The notes: generated by a model from the letters alone, not told the origin. A stretch of 64,000 nt of DNA from Clostridia bacterium (GCA_017434845.1 JAFSGD010000017.1:3121-67120); one strand, 5' to 3'; shown: positions 35,652 through 45,630, counted from the first letter of the stretch. A program made the numbers and translations.

Positions 35652-38080
35652 TTATCGAACTTAACGGGCTTGATGTGCCAGATATTATCGGCATATTCCT
35701 TAATGGAACGGTCTGCCGCGAAATAGCCCGCGCTTGCGATATTAACAAGCGCCATGCGATTCCATTTTTCGCGATCGCTGTAATCGGCAAACATCCTTCT
35801 GCGGGCTTCGGAATAGAAATCGAAGTCGGCAAGGCACATGAAGGGATCGGACACGCCGAAGGAATAGAGCAGATAGTTTGCAATATCGGAGAAGGATCTG
35901 CCGTTGAAGCCGGTTTGGAGATAATCTACAGCCGCCTTAAGCTCGGGACTGCGATTATAATAATAGGAAGAAGCATAGCCCTTATGCCAAAGCTCTTCAA
36001 CCTCTTTTGCGGTGTGGCCGAAGATATAGATGTTATCTCTGCCGACCTGCTCTGCCATTTCAACGTTTGCACCGTCGAGAGTTCCGATGGTGAGCGCGCC
36101 GTTGATCATGAACTTCATGTTACCGGTACCCGAAGCCTCTTTACCTGCGAGCGAGATCTGTTCACTGATCTCGGCTGCGGGCATGAGGTGCTCAGCGAGG
36201 GTTACGTTATAGTTTTCGAGGAATACAACACGGAGTTTTTCGCGGATCTTGGGGTTCTTTTCGATATCTGCACTGATATAGCAAATAAGGCGGATTATAG
36301 CCTTTGCGGTATAATAGCCGGGAGCCGCCTTTGCCGCGAAGATAAAGGTTGTGGGGGTTACGTCGGCATCGGGATTTTCTTTAAGCTTGAGATAAAGGGT
36401 TATGATATTGATTGCATTGAGAAGCTGACGCTTATATTCATGCAAACGCTTTGCCTGAACGTCGAAAACGCTGTTCGGGTCGATAACGATGCCCTTTGTT
36501 TTATAGATATAATCGGCAAAATCAGCCTTGTTGCTCTTTTTGATTTCATCAAGGCGGGAGAGAACCGATTTATCGTCGCCGTAAGCAAGGAAGCGCGAGA
36601 GAACCGTGGGGTCGGAGCGATAATCGGGACCGATGGTTTCATCGAGCAGAGCCGCGAGGCGAGGGTTGGAATAGCAAAGCCACTTGCGATGCGCGATACC
36701 GTTGGTTACGTTGGTGAAGCGTTCGGGATACATATCGTTGTAATCCTTGAACACGGTATCCTTAAGAATATCGGAATGGAGACGCGAAACGCCGTTGACG
36801 GTATGCGAACCGATGACCGAAAGGTTTGCCATGCGCACGCTGCCCTTATTAAGAATAGACATTCTGCCGACCTTATCCCAATCGCCCATAAATGCATTCC
36901 ACGCATCTGCACAGAAGCGGCGGTTGATCTCTTTTATGATAGAGTGGATACGCGGAAGCTTAAGTGCGAAGAGATCTTCGTTCCAGCACTCGAGCGCTTC
37001 GGGAAGAACGGTATGGTTGGTATAAGAAACGGTGCGGGTTACTATATCCCACGCTTTATCCCAGTCGACGTGGTGATCGTCGATGAGAATTCGCATAAGC
37101 TCGGGTATGCAGAGTGCGGGATGGGTGTCGTTAATATGGATAGCGACCTTATCGGGAAGATTATCGAGGGATTTATAATGGAAAAGATGCCGCCACACGA
37201 TATTCTGAAGCGAAGCGGAAACGAGGAAATACTGCTGGGTAAGACGGAGCAGTTTGCCCTCGTGGTGATTATCGGCAGGATAGAGAACCTTGGAAATGGT
37301 CTCTGCCATGGTGTTCTCTTCAACCGCTTTCATATACTGACCCTGAGAAAAAGCTTCCATATTAAAATTATTAATATCTCTTGCCTTCCAGAGACGGAGA
37401 GTGTTTACCGCTTTTCCTACACCGCCCGAAATGAGCATATCGTAGGGGACAGCTTCGACCTCATCGTAATCCTCATAGATAATCTCGCAATGGTTATCGC
37501 GCCATTCCTCGCGCACCTTTCCGCCGAAGCGAACGGTTACAGCTTTATCATGACGGGGCACGAGCCACGATTCGCCCTCGGGGAGCCAAATATCGGGGAG
37601 TTCGAGCTGTTCGCCGTCTACAAGGCGCTGTTTGAAGAGACCGTATTCATAAAGCAGGCAATAGCCGCGCGCGGGATAATCCTGTGAGGCGAGCGCATCC
37701 ATAAAGCAGGATGCGAGTCTGCCGAGACCGCCGTTGCCAAGACCGGGGTCGGATTCGCATTCATAAACATCCTCGAGCTTATAGCCCATCTTTTTAAGAA
37801 CCTTGCGGTATTCATCCTCTAAGCCGAGGTTGCAAAGGTTCATTTTCAGCGATCTGCCGATAAGGAATTCCATGCACATATAATAGACCTGCTTGGCCCC
37901 TTGTTCATTTACCTTATCGGTGAATTCTTTATTTTTGGTTGCGAGGATATCACGGACAGACAAAACGGTTGCACGGTATACCTGATTGATATCTGCATCG
38001 CTTTCGTTGATTCCGAAATAGCGCGAGAGCTTGGTGTTGAGTGCCTCGCGGATCTCGGAGGCTGCGTTTTTCTTTGCCAT
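35648..38080 (-). CDS. glgP: Glycogen/starch phosphorylase (GT35)
   Basis: EASGTGNMKFMINGALTIGTLDGANVE (PLP site) and GLGNGGLGRLA. Confidence 0.93.
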   Translation of the reverse strand: MAKKNAASEIREALNTKLSRYFGINESDADINQVYRATVLSVRDILATKNKEFTDKVNEQGAKQVYYMCMEFLIGRSLKMNLCNLGLEDEYRKVLKKMGYKLEDVYECESDPGLGNGGLGRLASCFMDALASQDYPARGYCLLYEYGLFKQRLVDGEQLELPDIWLPEGESWLVPRHDKAVTVRFGGKVREEWRDNHCEIIYEDYDEVEAVPYDMLISGGVGKAVNTLRLWKARDINNFNMEAFSQGQYMKAVEENTMAETISKVLYPADNHHEGKLLRLTQQYFLVSASLQNIVWRHLFHYKSLDNLPDKVAIHINDTHPALCIPELMRILIDDHHVDWDKAWDIVTRTVSYTNHTVLPEALECWNEDLFALKLPRIHSIIKEINRRFCADAWNAFMGDWDKVGRMSILNKGSVRMANLSVIGSHTVNGVSRLHSDILKDTVFKDYNDMYPERFTNVTNGIAHRKWLCYSNPRLAALLDETIGPDYRSDPTVLSRFLAYGDDKSVLSRLDEIKKSNKADFADYIYKTKGIVIDPNSVFDVQAKRLHEYKRQLLNAINIITLYLKLKENPDADVTPTTFIFAAKAAPGYYTAKAIIRLICYISADIEKNPKIREKLRVVFLENYNVTLAEHLMPAAEISEQISLAGKEASGTGNMKFMINGALTIGTLDGANVEMAEQVGRDNIYIFGHTAKEVEELWHKGYASSYYYNRSPELKAAVDYLQTGFNGRSFSDIANYLLYSFGVSDPFMCLADFDFYSEARRRMFADYSDREKWNRMALVNIASAGYFAADRSIKEYADNIWHIKPVKFDK

Positions 38081-38119
38081 TGGTTGGAGTTTCCTTCCGG
38101 GTATTATATAATAAAATGT

Positions 38120-39550
38120 TTAGTTCAAAATAGAGTTATAAAGCTCGAGGTAAGAGAGCGCGCTCTGCTTCCACGAGAAATCAACGCGCATTACCTTCTT
38201 GCGAAGCTTTTCGAAGGTTTCGCGGTCGCCGTAATAAAGGCCGACTGCGCGATTTACAGAGTTGAGAAGCTCGTAAGCGCTGTATGCCGCAAAGGTGAAG
38301 CCGTTGCCGCCCGATTCACAGCCGAAATCCTTTATGCTGTCGTAAAGGCCGCCGGTTTCGTGAATTACGGGAACGGTTCCGTAGCGTGATGCGATCATTT
38401 GAGCAAGACCGCAGGGCTCGCTGCGCGAGGGCATAAGGAAAATATCTGCCGCGGAATAGATCTTTTTGGAAAGATCGCGGTTATAGGTGATGAGCGCACG
38501 GCATTTTGTTGGATAGCGCTCGGCGAGCGATTCAAAATAGCCTTCGTAGCTCTTATCGCCCTGACCGAGAACAACGAGCTGAACGTCATCCTTAAGGATA
38601 TCGTCGCCCGCGAGCATAACGAGATCGAGACCTTTATGGCTTACAAGGCGCGAGATAACGGCAATGAGCGGAACATCCTTTTCGGGAAGTCCGAGCATTC
38701 TTTGAAGGTCCGATTTGCAAAGTGCCTTGCCGTCGAGGTTGCGGGTCGAGAAGTTGGCGAAGAGCTCTTTATCCTTTGAGGGATTATAATAATCGCGGTC
38801 GATACCGTTGAGAATGCCCGAGAGCTTGAACGAGAACAGATTGAGAACGCTGTCGAGCCCATGAGAGAACTTGGGCGAGAGGATCTCTTTTGCATAGGTG
38901 GGGCTGACGGTTGAAACGGCATCGGCACAAACGACCGCGCCCTTTAAAAGATTGATGCCGCCATCGTATTCCACGATCTCTTTATCGGAGGGCATTAAGC
39001 CGAAAACGTCGCCCAAAAGCTCGAAGCCGTACTGACCCTGATATTGAATGTTATGAATGGTAAAGAGCGCGCGGATATTGGAATATCTTTCATCAAGACG
39101 TGCATAGCACTGCTTGAGATAGATAACGCTGAGCGCGGCATGCCAATCGTGTGCATGAAGAATATCGGGGAAGAAATCGATATCGGGCAATATTTCGAGC
39201 GCGGCGCGGCAGAAGAAAGCGAAGCGTTCGGCATCGTCGTATTCGCCGTAAAGCATGTAGCGCTTGAAATAATATTCGTTATCGATGAAATAGAAGGTTA
39301 CGCCCTTATGAACGTAGCGGAAAAGACCGCAATATTGGCTTCTCCACGAAAGGCGGATATATTTAGAGCCGATATATTCGAACTTTTTGCGGAATTTTTC
39401 GCCGATAGCCGAATAAAGCGGCATAACGACGCGAACGTCGCATTCACCGGAGGCGGTGAGCGCCGCGGGAAGCGAGCCGATAACGTCGCCGAGACCGCCC
39501 GAAGATGCAAACGGGAGTGCCTCGCCGGCAACGTATAATATCTTTTTCAT
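38120..39550 (-). CDS. glgA: Glycogen synthase (GT5)
   Basis: MKKILYVAGEALPFASSGGLGDV, HAHDWH and PSRSEPCGL motifs. Confidence 0.93.
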   Translation of the reverse strand: MKKILYVAGEALPFASSGGLGDVIGSLPAALTASGECDVRVVMPLYSAIGEKFRKKFEYIGSKYIRLSWRSQYCGLFRYVHKGVTFYFIDNEYYFKRYMLYGEYDDAERFAFFCRAALEILPDIDFFPDILHAHDWHAALSVIYLKQCYARLDERYSNIRALFTIHNIQYQGQYGFELLGDVFGLMPSDKEIVEYDGGINLLKGAVVCADAVSTVSPTYAKEILSPKFSHGLDSVLNLFSFKLSGILNGIDRDYYNPSKDKELFANFSTRNLDGKALCKSDLQRMLGLPEKDVPLIAVISRLVSHKGLDLVMLAGDDILKDDVQLVVLGQGDKSYEGYFESLAERYPTKCRALITYNRDLSKKIYSAADIFLMPSRSEPCGLAQMIASRYGTVPVIHETGGLYDSIKDFGCESGGNGFTFAAYSAYELLNSVNRAVGLYYGDRETFEKLRKKVMRVDFSWKQSALSYLELYNSILN

Positions 39551-39583
39551 TTTATCATTTCCTTTTTAAGTTTGTTACTGTTA

Positions 39584-40714
39584 TTATACAAACGAGCCCT
39601 TATCTATAAAGAAGGGTTTGGTTTCGTGGCCCGAAAGAACGCGTCCGTCACGGATAACAACGTTTTTATCGGTTATAACGCAGTTGAGGTATACGTTTTC
39701 GCCCGTTAGGGTATCCTGCATTATGATACTGTTTTTGATATGGGTGTTCTTTCCGACCTTTACGCCGCGGAAGAGAATGGAGTTTTCAACGGTTCCCTGA
39801 ATAACGCAGCCGTCGGCAATAAGCGAATTGCGAACGATGGCACCCTCCATATAAGAGGTGGGCGCAGAATTGCGGACCTTTGTGAACACGGGACGGTTGC
39901 GAACCGCGAACAGCGAACGGCGGATCTCGGGATCGAGAAGATCCATACTGCAGCTGTAATAATCGCCGATGCTGCGGATAGCGGCAAAATAGCTGTCGAA
40001 TTTATAAACGCGAATGTCATCGAAGCGGCAATTGCGGCGAATTATATCATAGGTGAAGCTGTGATAGCCGCGCGCAATGGAATCGTTGATGATCTCTTCG
40101 AGATATTTTTTGCCGATGATGTTTATTCTTACGAGAATATCGGCAAAGCCGCTTTTTATGCCCGAATAGTCGGCAACATCGGTTACCCTGCCGTTTTCAT
40201 CCGAGTTGATGACGGTTACGTCGCGGGAGTTATCGGAGGAAACGTAGCTGCTCTTAACGCCGAGAGTTACGTCGGCACCCGAAGCGATATGCTGTTCGAT
40301 CATATCGGAAAGATCGAGGTTACAAACCGTGTCGCAGTCGGAAAGCACAACGAGCTCTTCCTTGCATTCGGAAAGGAATTCGCGAATGCTTATGAGAGCC
40401 TCGAGGCGAGTGCTGTAAAGAGCGTTATCGTTATTTGCGAATGCGGTGATATAGGGCGGAAGTATCTTTATACCGCCGTGACGGCGGGCAAGGTCCCAGT
40501 CTTTACCGCTTCCGATATGGTCCATAAGAGACTGATAGTTATAGTGGGTTATAAGGCCAACGTGGGTTATGCCAGAATTGACCATATTGGAAAGCGCAAA
40601 GTCGATAAGGCGGTAACGGCAGCCGAACGGCACCGATGCCATGGTGCGCTCTTTTGTGAGCTCATAAACGCTTTTTTCGTTCATGCTGGAGAAAATGATG
40701 CCTACTGCGTTCAT
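39584..40714 (-). CDS. glgD: Glucose-1-phosphate adenylyltransferase, GlgD subunit
   Basis: Paralogue of GlgC without the GGxGxRL motif. Left-handed beta-helix C-terminus. Start overlaps the glgC stop (TAATG). Confidence 0.85.
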   Translation of the reverse strand: MNAVGIIFSSMNEKSVYELTKERTMASVPFGCRYRLIDFALSNMVNSGITHVGLITHYNYQSLMDHIGSGKDWDLARRHGGIKILPPYITAFANNDNALYSTRLEALISIREFLSECKEELVVLSDCDTVCNLDLSDMIEQHIASGADVTLGVKSSYVSSDNSRDVTVINSDENGRVTDVADYSGIKSGFADILVRINIIGKKYLEEIINDSIARGYHSFTYDIIRRNCRFDDIRVYKFDSYFAAIRSIGDYYSCSMDLLDPEIRRSLFAVRNRPVFTKVRNSAPTSYMEGAIVRNSLIADGCVIQGTVENSILFRGVKVGKNTHIKNSIIMQDTLTGENVYLNCVITDKNVVIRDGRVLSGHETKPFFIDKGSFV

Positions 40715-41934
40715 TATTTACCCTCCTTTTCGGCGGAAAGCTCCGCCAACATTTCGCTTCCGCAGATCACACCGTCGGGAATGACGGTTCCGTCGGGAAT
40801 ATCAAGGCCGCCGCCGACAAGGGTTATACCCTTTGAAAGCACCTTTTCCTTACCGATAACGGCATTGACGCCGACAACGGTATCGGAATCGATAACCGAA
40901 TAGTCAACGGTGGATTCGGCTTTGAGAGTTACGTTGCCGAGAACGACGCTGTCGCGGACTACCGCGCCGCGTTCAACGATAACGCCCGCCGAGAGAACGC
41001 TGTTGATTACGGTTCCGTATATCTCACAGCCCTCGGTTATGATAGAGTTGTTAACTACCGCGCCCGAGCCGACATAGTGGGGCGGCATTGCATCGTTACG
41101 GGAAAGGATACGCCATTCGCGATCCTTGAGGCTTAATGTAGGACGGTCGCCGAGAAGGTCCATATTTGCTTCCCAGAGGGAATCGATGGTTCCGACATCC
41201 TTCCAATAGCCCGAGAATTCAAAGGCATAAAGCTTTTCGCCTGCCGCGAGCATTGCGGGAATTATGTTCTTGCCGAAATCCTTAGAGCTGTTTTCATCAG
41301 CTTCGTCGGCCTCGAGATAAGAGAAAAGCTTGTCTTTATTGAATACGTAAACACCCATGGACGCCTTGGTGCTCTTGGGCTCCTTGGGCTTTTCCGTGAA
41401 TTCGGTTATGCGCATTTCGGAATCGGTTGTCATTATACCGAAGCGCGATGCCTCGGCAAGAGGCACGTCAAACACCGCGATGGTACAATCGGCGCCGTTC
41501 TTTTTATGGCTTTCGAGCATTTCGGCATAGTTCATTTTATAGATATGGTCGCCCGAGAGGATAACAACATAATCGGGATCGAATTTATCGATAAAATGAA
41601 TGTTCTGATAAATTGCGTTTGCGGTGCCCTTATACCAATCGGCACGCTTTTGCGCCTGATAGGGCGGAAGGGTTCTTACACCGCCATAGGTACGGTCGAG
41701 ATCCCAGGGCTGACCGTTGCCGATATATTCGTTGAGAGCGAGCGGCTGATACTGAGTCAATACACCGACCGTATCTATGCCGGAGTTAATGCAGTTGGAA
41801 AGAGGAAAATCGATGATGCGGTATTTGCCGCCAAACGGCACCGCGGGCTTTGCTATGCGTTCGGTGAGCAGGTGAAGACGGCTTCCCTGTCCGCCGGCGA
41901 GCAGCATGGCGACGGTTTCTTTCTTTTTGATCAT
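40714..41934 (-). CDS. glgC: Glucose-1-phosphate adenylyltransferase
   Basis: [35 protein letters not shown] and EKPK motifs. Confidence 0.92.
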   Translation of the reverse strand: MIKKKETVAMLLAGGQGSRLHLLTERIAKPAVPFGGKYRIIDFPLSNCINSGIDTVGVLTQYQPLALNEYIGNGQPWDLDRTYGGVRTLPPYQAQKRADWYKGTANAIYQNIHFIDKFDPDYVVILSGDHIYKMNYAEMLESHKKNGADCTIAVFDVPLAEASRFGIMTTDSEMRITEFTEKPKEPKSTKASMGVYVFNKDKLFSYLEADEADENSSKDFGKNIIPAMLAAGEKLYAFEFSGYWKDVGTIDSLWEANMDLLGDRPTLSLKDREWRILSRNDAMPPHYVGSGAVVNNSIITEGCEIYGTVINSVLSAGVIVERGAVVRDSVVLGNVTLKAESTVDYSVIDSDTVVGVNAVIGKEKVLSKGITLVGGGLDIPDGTVIPDGVICGSEMLAELSAEKEGK

Positions 41935-42015
41935 GCCTTTCTGATCTCCTTTAACGTTTTTTTATGCAACACAAAACGCGGAAAGGTCGTTTCCGCCGAA
42001 AATTTTATGAGCGTT

Positions 42016-42198
42016 TTAAGGCTGTTTGCTTTCTTCTATGGCATAGATAGTATCGAAAGCATCACCATCCGAAGCATAGGGGAGCAGGCCCGAGCGGAAC
42101 GCGAGAATAAACGCCGCCATAAGAGCGCAAAGCGCCACGGCAACGCCCGCACGAAGAAGCACACCCGAATATTCGGTTAGAAGTGAACGCTTTTTCAT
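42016..42198 (-). CDS. 60-aa single-TM protein (hypothetical)
   Basis: Own promoter (TTGATT-17-TATTAT, minus strand ~42250) and own terminator (GCGGAAA...TTTCCGC plus T-rich run at ~41975-42000). Weak RBS. Confidence 0.45.
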   Translation of the reverse strand: MKKRSLLTEYSGVLLRAGVAVALCALMAAFILAFRSGLLPYASDGDAFDTIYAIEESKQP

Positions 42199-42358
42199 AA
42201 CTAAGACACATTTCCTTAAAACTCTTTTATTATCTTATAATAACACCTTAAACACACAAAATCAAGGGGGCAGACCGAAAAAATCGATTTTCTACAATAA
42301 TATATAATAATATACAAAAAAGATTGCGCATTTTTTTGAAAATATATCACAAAAAGAC

Positions 42359-42387
42359 TTTACAAACCGAAATTTATGTGATAAAGT
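42359..42387 (+). promoter_or_regulatory. rpsO promoter
   Basis: TTTACA (42359-42364), 17 nt ending in TGA, TAAAGT (42382-42387). Followed by a ~130-nt structured leader. Confidence 0.5.
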
Positions 42388-42522
42388 ATACGGGAATGCG
42401 GATTTTTTCGCATACGGGGTCTGCCCGGTTTACAGGGCACACGGGATTTTTAATGCCCGACTTCACCAACCGTTTGCCAGGTTTACCCCGAAAAAATATT
42501 TTATTTTGAAAGGTGAAACACC

Positions 42523-42789
42523 ATGATCGCAAAGGAAACCAAGCAGAACATCATCAAAGAGTATGCTGTTCACGAAGGCGACACCGGCTCGCCCGAAGTT
42601 CAGATTGCCATTCTCTCTAAGAGAATCGCTGAGCTCACCGAGCACCTTAGAAGCAATCCTAAGGACAACCACTCCCGCAGAGGTATGCAGCAGATGATCG
42701 GTAAGAGAAGAAAGTTCCTCAACTACCTTCTCAAGAACGACATTGAGCGTTACCGTTCCATCATCGAACGCCTCGGCATAAGAAAGTAA
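42523..42789 (+). CDS. rpsO: 30S ribosomal protein S15
   Basis: Full-length S15 sequence pattern ([13 protein letters not shown]...[14 protein letters not shown]). Confidence 0.95.
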   Translation: MIAKETKQNIIKEYAVHEGDTGSPEVQIAILSKRIAELTEHLRSNPKDNHSRRGMQQMIGKRRKFLNYLLKNDIERYRSIIERLGIRK

Positions 42790-42804
42790 GTTTTCTTAAC
42801 GAAC

Positions 42805-42839
42805 AACACCTCGGAGCGCATTTGTCATTCCGAGGTGTT
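42805..42839 (+). promoter_or_regulatory. rpsO-pnp intergenic hairpin without a U tract
   Basis: AACACCTCGGA-13 nt-TCCGAGGTGTT, an 11-bp stem. Followed by CGTCCGTTGGG, which is not T-rich. Confidence 0.5.
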
Positions 42840-42993
42840 CGTCCGTTGGGAGCTTGAAACCATCCGTTAACCGAACGTATTGGGCGGTTTAGCAGTTAAC
42901 TATCTCCCGAAAAAGCTTTCGAGGGTTAGTTAAGTGTTAAACTTTGCCCGGTACCTTTCGGAAAAAATATTTAATTACGAAAGGAAAATTGCC

Positions 42994-45096
42994 ATGTTTG
43001 AGAATTTCAGAACATTCAGCTATGAGCTCGCAGGAAGACCTCTTGTTATCGAGACCGGCAAGCTTGCACAGTTGGCAGGCGGCTCCTGCCTTGTTCGCTA
43101 CGGCGAAACCGCTGTTCTTGCGAACGCAACCATGTCTGCCGCACCCAGAGACGGAATCGATTTTCTTCCCCTCTCGGTAGATTATGAAGAAAGACTTTAT
43201 TCCGCAGGTAAGATTCCCGGAAGCTGGAACAGACGCGAAGGCAGACCCACCGAGCACGCAATACTCGCATCGCGCGTTATTGACAGACCTATCCGTCCCC
43301 TCTTCCCGAAGGACCTTCGCAACGACGTTGTTCTTTCGCTTACCGTTATGTCGGTAGACCCCGATTGCTCGCCCGAGATCGCGGCTATGCTCGGCGCATC
43401 TATCGCAATCACCATTTCCAACATTCCTTGGAACGGCCCCATTGCAGGCGTTTTCGTCGGCCTTGTTGACGGCAAGATCGTTATCAACCCCACCGAAGCT
43501 CAGAGAGCAAAGAGCGATCTTGAGCTCACCGTTGCAGGCTCGAAGGAAAAGGTTGTTATGATCGAAGCAGGCGCGAACGAGGTTGACGACGAGACCATGT
43601 TCGAAGCCATTATGAAGGCTCACGACGAAATCAAGCCTCTTTGCGACTTTATCAACAGCATCAGAGCAGAGATCGGCAAGCCCAAGTTTGAATACCCCGC
43701 GTTTGAGCTCGACCACGATATGTTCGACAGAATCGAGGCTATGGTCGGCGAAGACGTTAAGAAAGCGCTTGACACCGACGACAAGAGAATTCGCGATGCC
43801 GCACTTCAACCCATTTACGAAAGAGTTTATGAAGAGCTCGCAGAGGATTATCCCGACAGCAAGAGCATGATCGACGAATGCATCTATAAGCTTCAGAAGC
43901 AGATCGTTCGCAGATGGCTTCTTGACGAGCGCAAGCGTGTTGACGGCAGAAGAATGGACGAGATCCGTCCTCTTGCCGCAGAGGTTTCGCTCCTTCCCAG
44001 AACCCACGGCTCAGGTCTTTTCACCAGAGGTCAAACTCAGGTTCTTACCGTTGCAACTCTTGCTCCCGTCAGCGAAGAGCAGCTTCTTGACGGCATTGAC
44101 GGTCAGGAAACCAAGAGATATATGCACCACTACAACATGCCCGGCTATTCGGTTGGCGAAGCAAAAGCCGCAAGAAGCCCCGGCAGACGCGAGATCGGCC
44201 ACGGCGCGCTCGCAGAGCGTTCGCTCGTTCCCGTTCTTCCCTCGGTTGAGGAATTCCCCTATGCTATCCGTTTGGTAAGTGAAGTCGTTTCCTCGAACGG
44301 CTCTACCTCGCAGGCTTCGGTTTGCGGCTCGACTCTTGCGCTTATGGACGCAGGCGTTCCCATAAAGGCTCCCGTTGCCGGTATTTCCTGCGGTCTTATC
44401 ACCGAGGGCGACAGATGGGATACCATGATCGACATTCAGGGTCTTGAAGACTTCTTCGGCGACATGGACTTTAAGGTAGCAGGCACCAAGAAGGGTATTA
44501 CATCGATTCAGATGGACCTTAAGATCGACGGTCTTACCCCCGAAATAATCAAAAACGCACTTGAGACCACCCACAAGGGCAGAAACTATATCCTCGACGA
44601 GGTTATCACCGCTTGCATCGCCGAGCCGAGAGACGACGTTTCCAAATATGCTCCCAAGATGATCTCCACCAAGATAGATCCCGACAAGATCCGCGAGGTT
44701 ATCGGATCGGGCGGTAAGGTTATTCAGAAGATCTGTGCCGACACCGACTGTAAGATCGACATTGAGGACGACGGTTCGGTATTCATTGCCGCAGTTAACA
44801 AGGACAACGCATACAAGGCTCTTAAGATCATTGAAGCTATTGCCAAGGATCCCGAGCCCGGCGAAATCTTCTACGGCACTGTAACCAGACTTATGACCTT
44901 CGGCGCATTCGTCGAGATCGCTCCCGGCAAGGAAGGCCTCGTTCACATTTCTCAGCTCGACAAGAAGCGTGTTGCCAAGGTTGAAGACGTTGTAAGCGTC
45001 GGCGACACCATTAAGGTAATCGTTTCCGAGATCGACGAAAAGGGTCGTCTTAACCTTTCCCGCAAGGACGCTCTTGACGTTGTGGAGGATATGTAA
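42994..45096 (+). CDS. pnp: Polyribonucleotide nucleotidyltransferase (PNPase)
   Basis: Two RNase PH domains, KH and S1. Start at MFENFRTF (ATG 42994, GAAAGGAAA upstream). Confidence 0.95.
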   Translation: MFENFRTFSYELAGRPLVIETGKLAQLAGGSCLVRYGETAVLANATMSAAPRDGIDFLPLSVDYEERLYSAGKIPGSWNRREGRPTEHAILASRVIDRPIRPLFPKDLRNDVVLSLTVMSVDPDCSPEIAAMLGASIAITISNIPWNGPIAGVFVGLVDGKIVINPTEAQRAKSDLELTVAGSKEKVVMIEAGANEVDDETMFEAIMKAHDEIKPLCDFINSIRAEIGKPKFEYPAFELDHDMFDRIEAMVGEDVKKALDTDDKRIRDAALQPIYERVYEELAEDYPDSKSMIDECIYKLQKQIVRRWLLDERKRVDGRRMDEIRPLAAEVSLLPRTHGSGLFTRGQTQVLTVATLAPVSEEQLLDGIDGQETKRYMHHYNMPGYSVGEAKAARSPGRREIGHGALAERSLVPVLPSVEEFPYAIRLVSEVVSSNGSTSQASVCGSTLALMDAGVPIKAPVAGISCGLITEGDRWDTMIDIQGLEDFFGDMDFKVAGTKKGITSIQMDLKIDGLTPEIIKNALETTHKGRNYILDEVITACIAEPRDDVSKYAPKMISTKIDPDKIREVIGSGGKVIQKICADTDCKIDIEDDGSVFIAAVNKDNAYKALKIIEAIAKDPEPGEIFYGTVTRLMTFGAFVEIAPGKEGLVHISQLDKKRVAKVEDVVSVGDTIKVIVSEIDEKGRLNLSRKDALDVVEDM

Positions 45097-45310
45097 GGCG
45101 CTTTGCGCTCGATGAAAATGGCAAGCATTTTCATCGGTTTTCGTGAGATTCGTTCGCTCGCGCAGAATTCGTGCGCGGCGTATACGCCTTGTCCGAATTC
45201 TCGAATCTCTTAGGTATATTTTTCAAGGCACATGTCCTTGAAAAATATGAGATTTAATTATATATTCCGTAATTGAAGCACTCTGTATAAAAACGGGGTG
45301 CTTCTTTTTT
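45097..45310 (+). repeat. Three-hairpin structured repeat, unit L1a
   Basis: GCGCTTTGCGCTCG, hairpin A 45112-45134, CGGTTTT, hairpin B 45145-45209, TAGGTATA linker, hairpin C 45216-45248. Tail ends in terminator-like GAAGCAC...GTGCTTC T6 (45275-45310). Confidence 0.9.
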
Positions 45311-45511
45311 GCGCTTTGCGCTCGCCCGAAAAGATGCTTTTCGGGCGGTTTAAAGAACATTGTGCGCTCGCGCCTCGCGCCTCGCCGAAGCTTCGGCACT
45401 CGCAATGTTCATAGGTATAAAAATCGACGCACATGTCGCCGATTTTTATAGGATTTAATTATATATTCCGTGATTGAAGCACTCTGTATAAAAACGGGGT
45501 GCTTCTTTTTT
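45311..45511 (+). repeat. Three-hairpin structured repeat, unit L1b
   Basis: Same constant blocks as L1a but different, still self-complementary stems: A 45325-45345, B 45355-45410, C 45416-45450. Tail hairpin 45476-45511 is near-identical to L1a. Confidence 0.9.
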
Positions 45512-45538
45512 GTGCTTTGCGCTCGATGAAAACGGCAG
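45512..45538 (+). repeat. Truncated third unit (direct repeat of 45098-45124)
   Basis: GTGCTTTGCGCTCGATGAAAACGGCA versus GCGCTTTGCGCTCGATGAAAATGGCA immediately after the pnp stop. Confidence 0.85.
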
Positions 45539-45570
45539 AATCGCAAAAGCAAGCGGAGTGCATTATATTC

Positions 45571-45598
45571 TTGACAAAGCGAAAGGATTTGGTATAAT
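45571..45598 (+). promoter_or_regulatory. deoB operon promoter
   Basis: TTGACA (45571-45576), 16 nt, TATAAT (45593-45598). Confidence 0.65.
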
Positions 45599-45630
45599 AA
45601 GAATGAATAGTTATATACGGAGGTGTTCGG

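Noticed and set aside
35624-37687. 687-aa ORF on the plus strand
   Set aside because: It is antisense to glgP, whose PLP-site motif EASGTGNMK and full-length GT35 pattern are unambiguous. This is a typical shadow ORF.
45238-45266. Outward promoter formed by hairpin C and the element tail (TTGAAA-17-TATATT)
   Set aside because: It is good only in unit L1a. The arm-swapped copies lose the -35, and in L1a it would fire straight into the tail terminator. It is not a consistent feature of the family.
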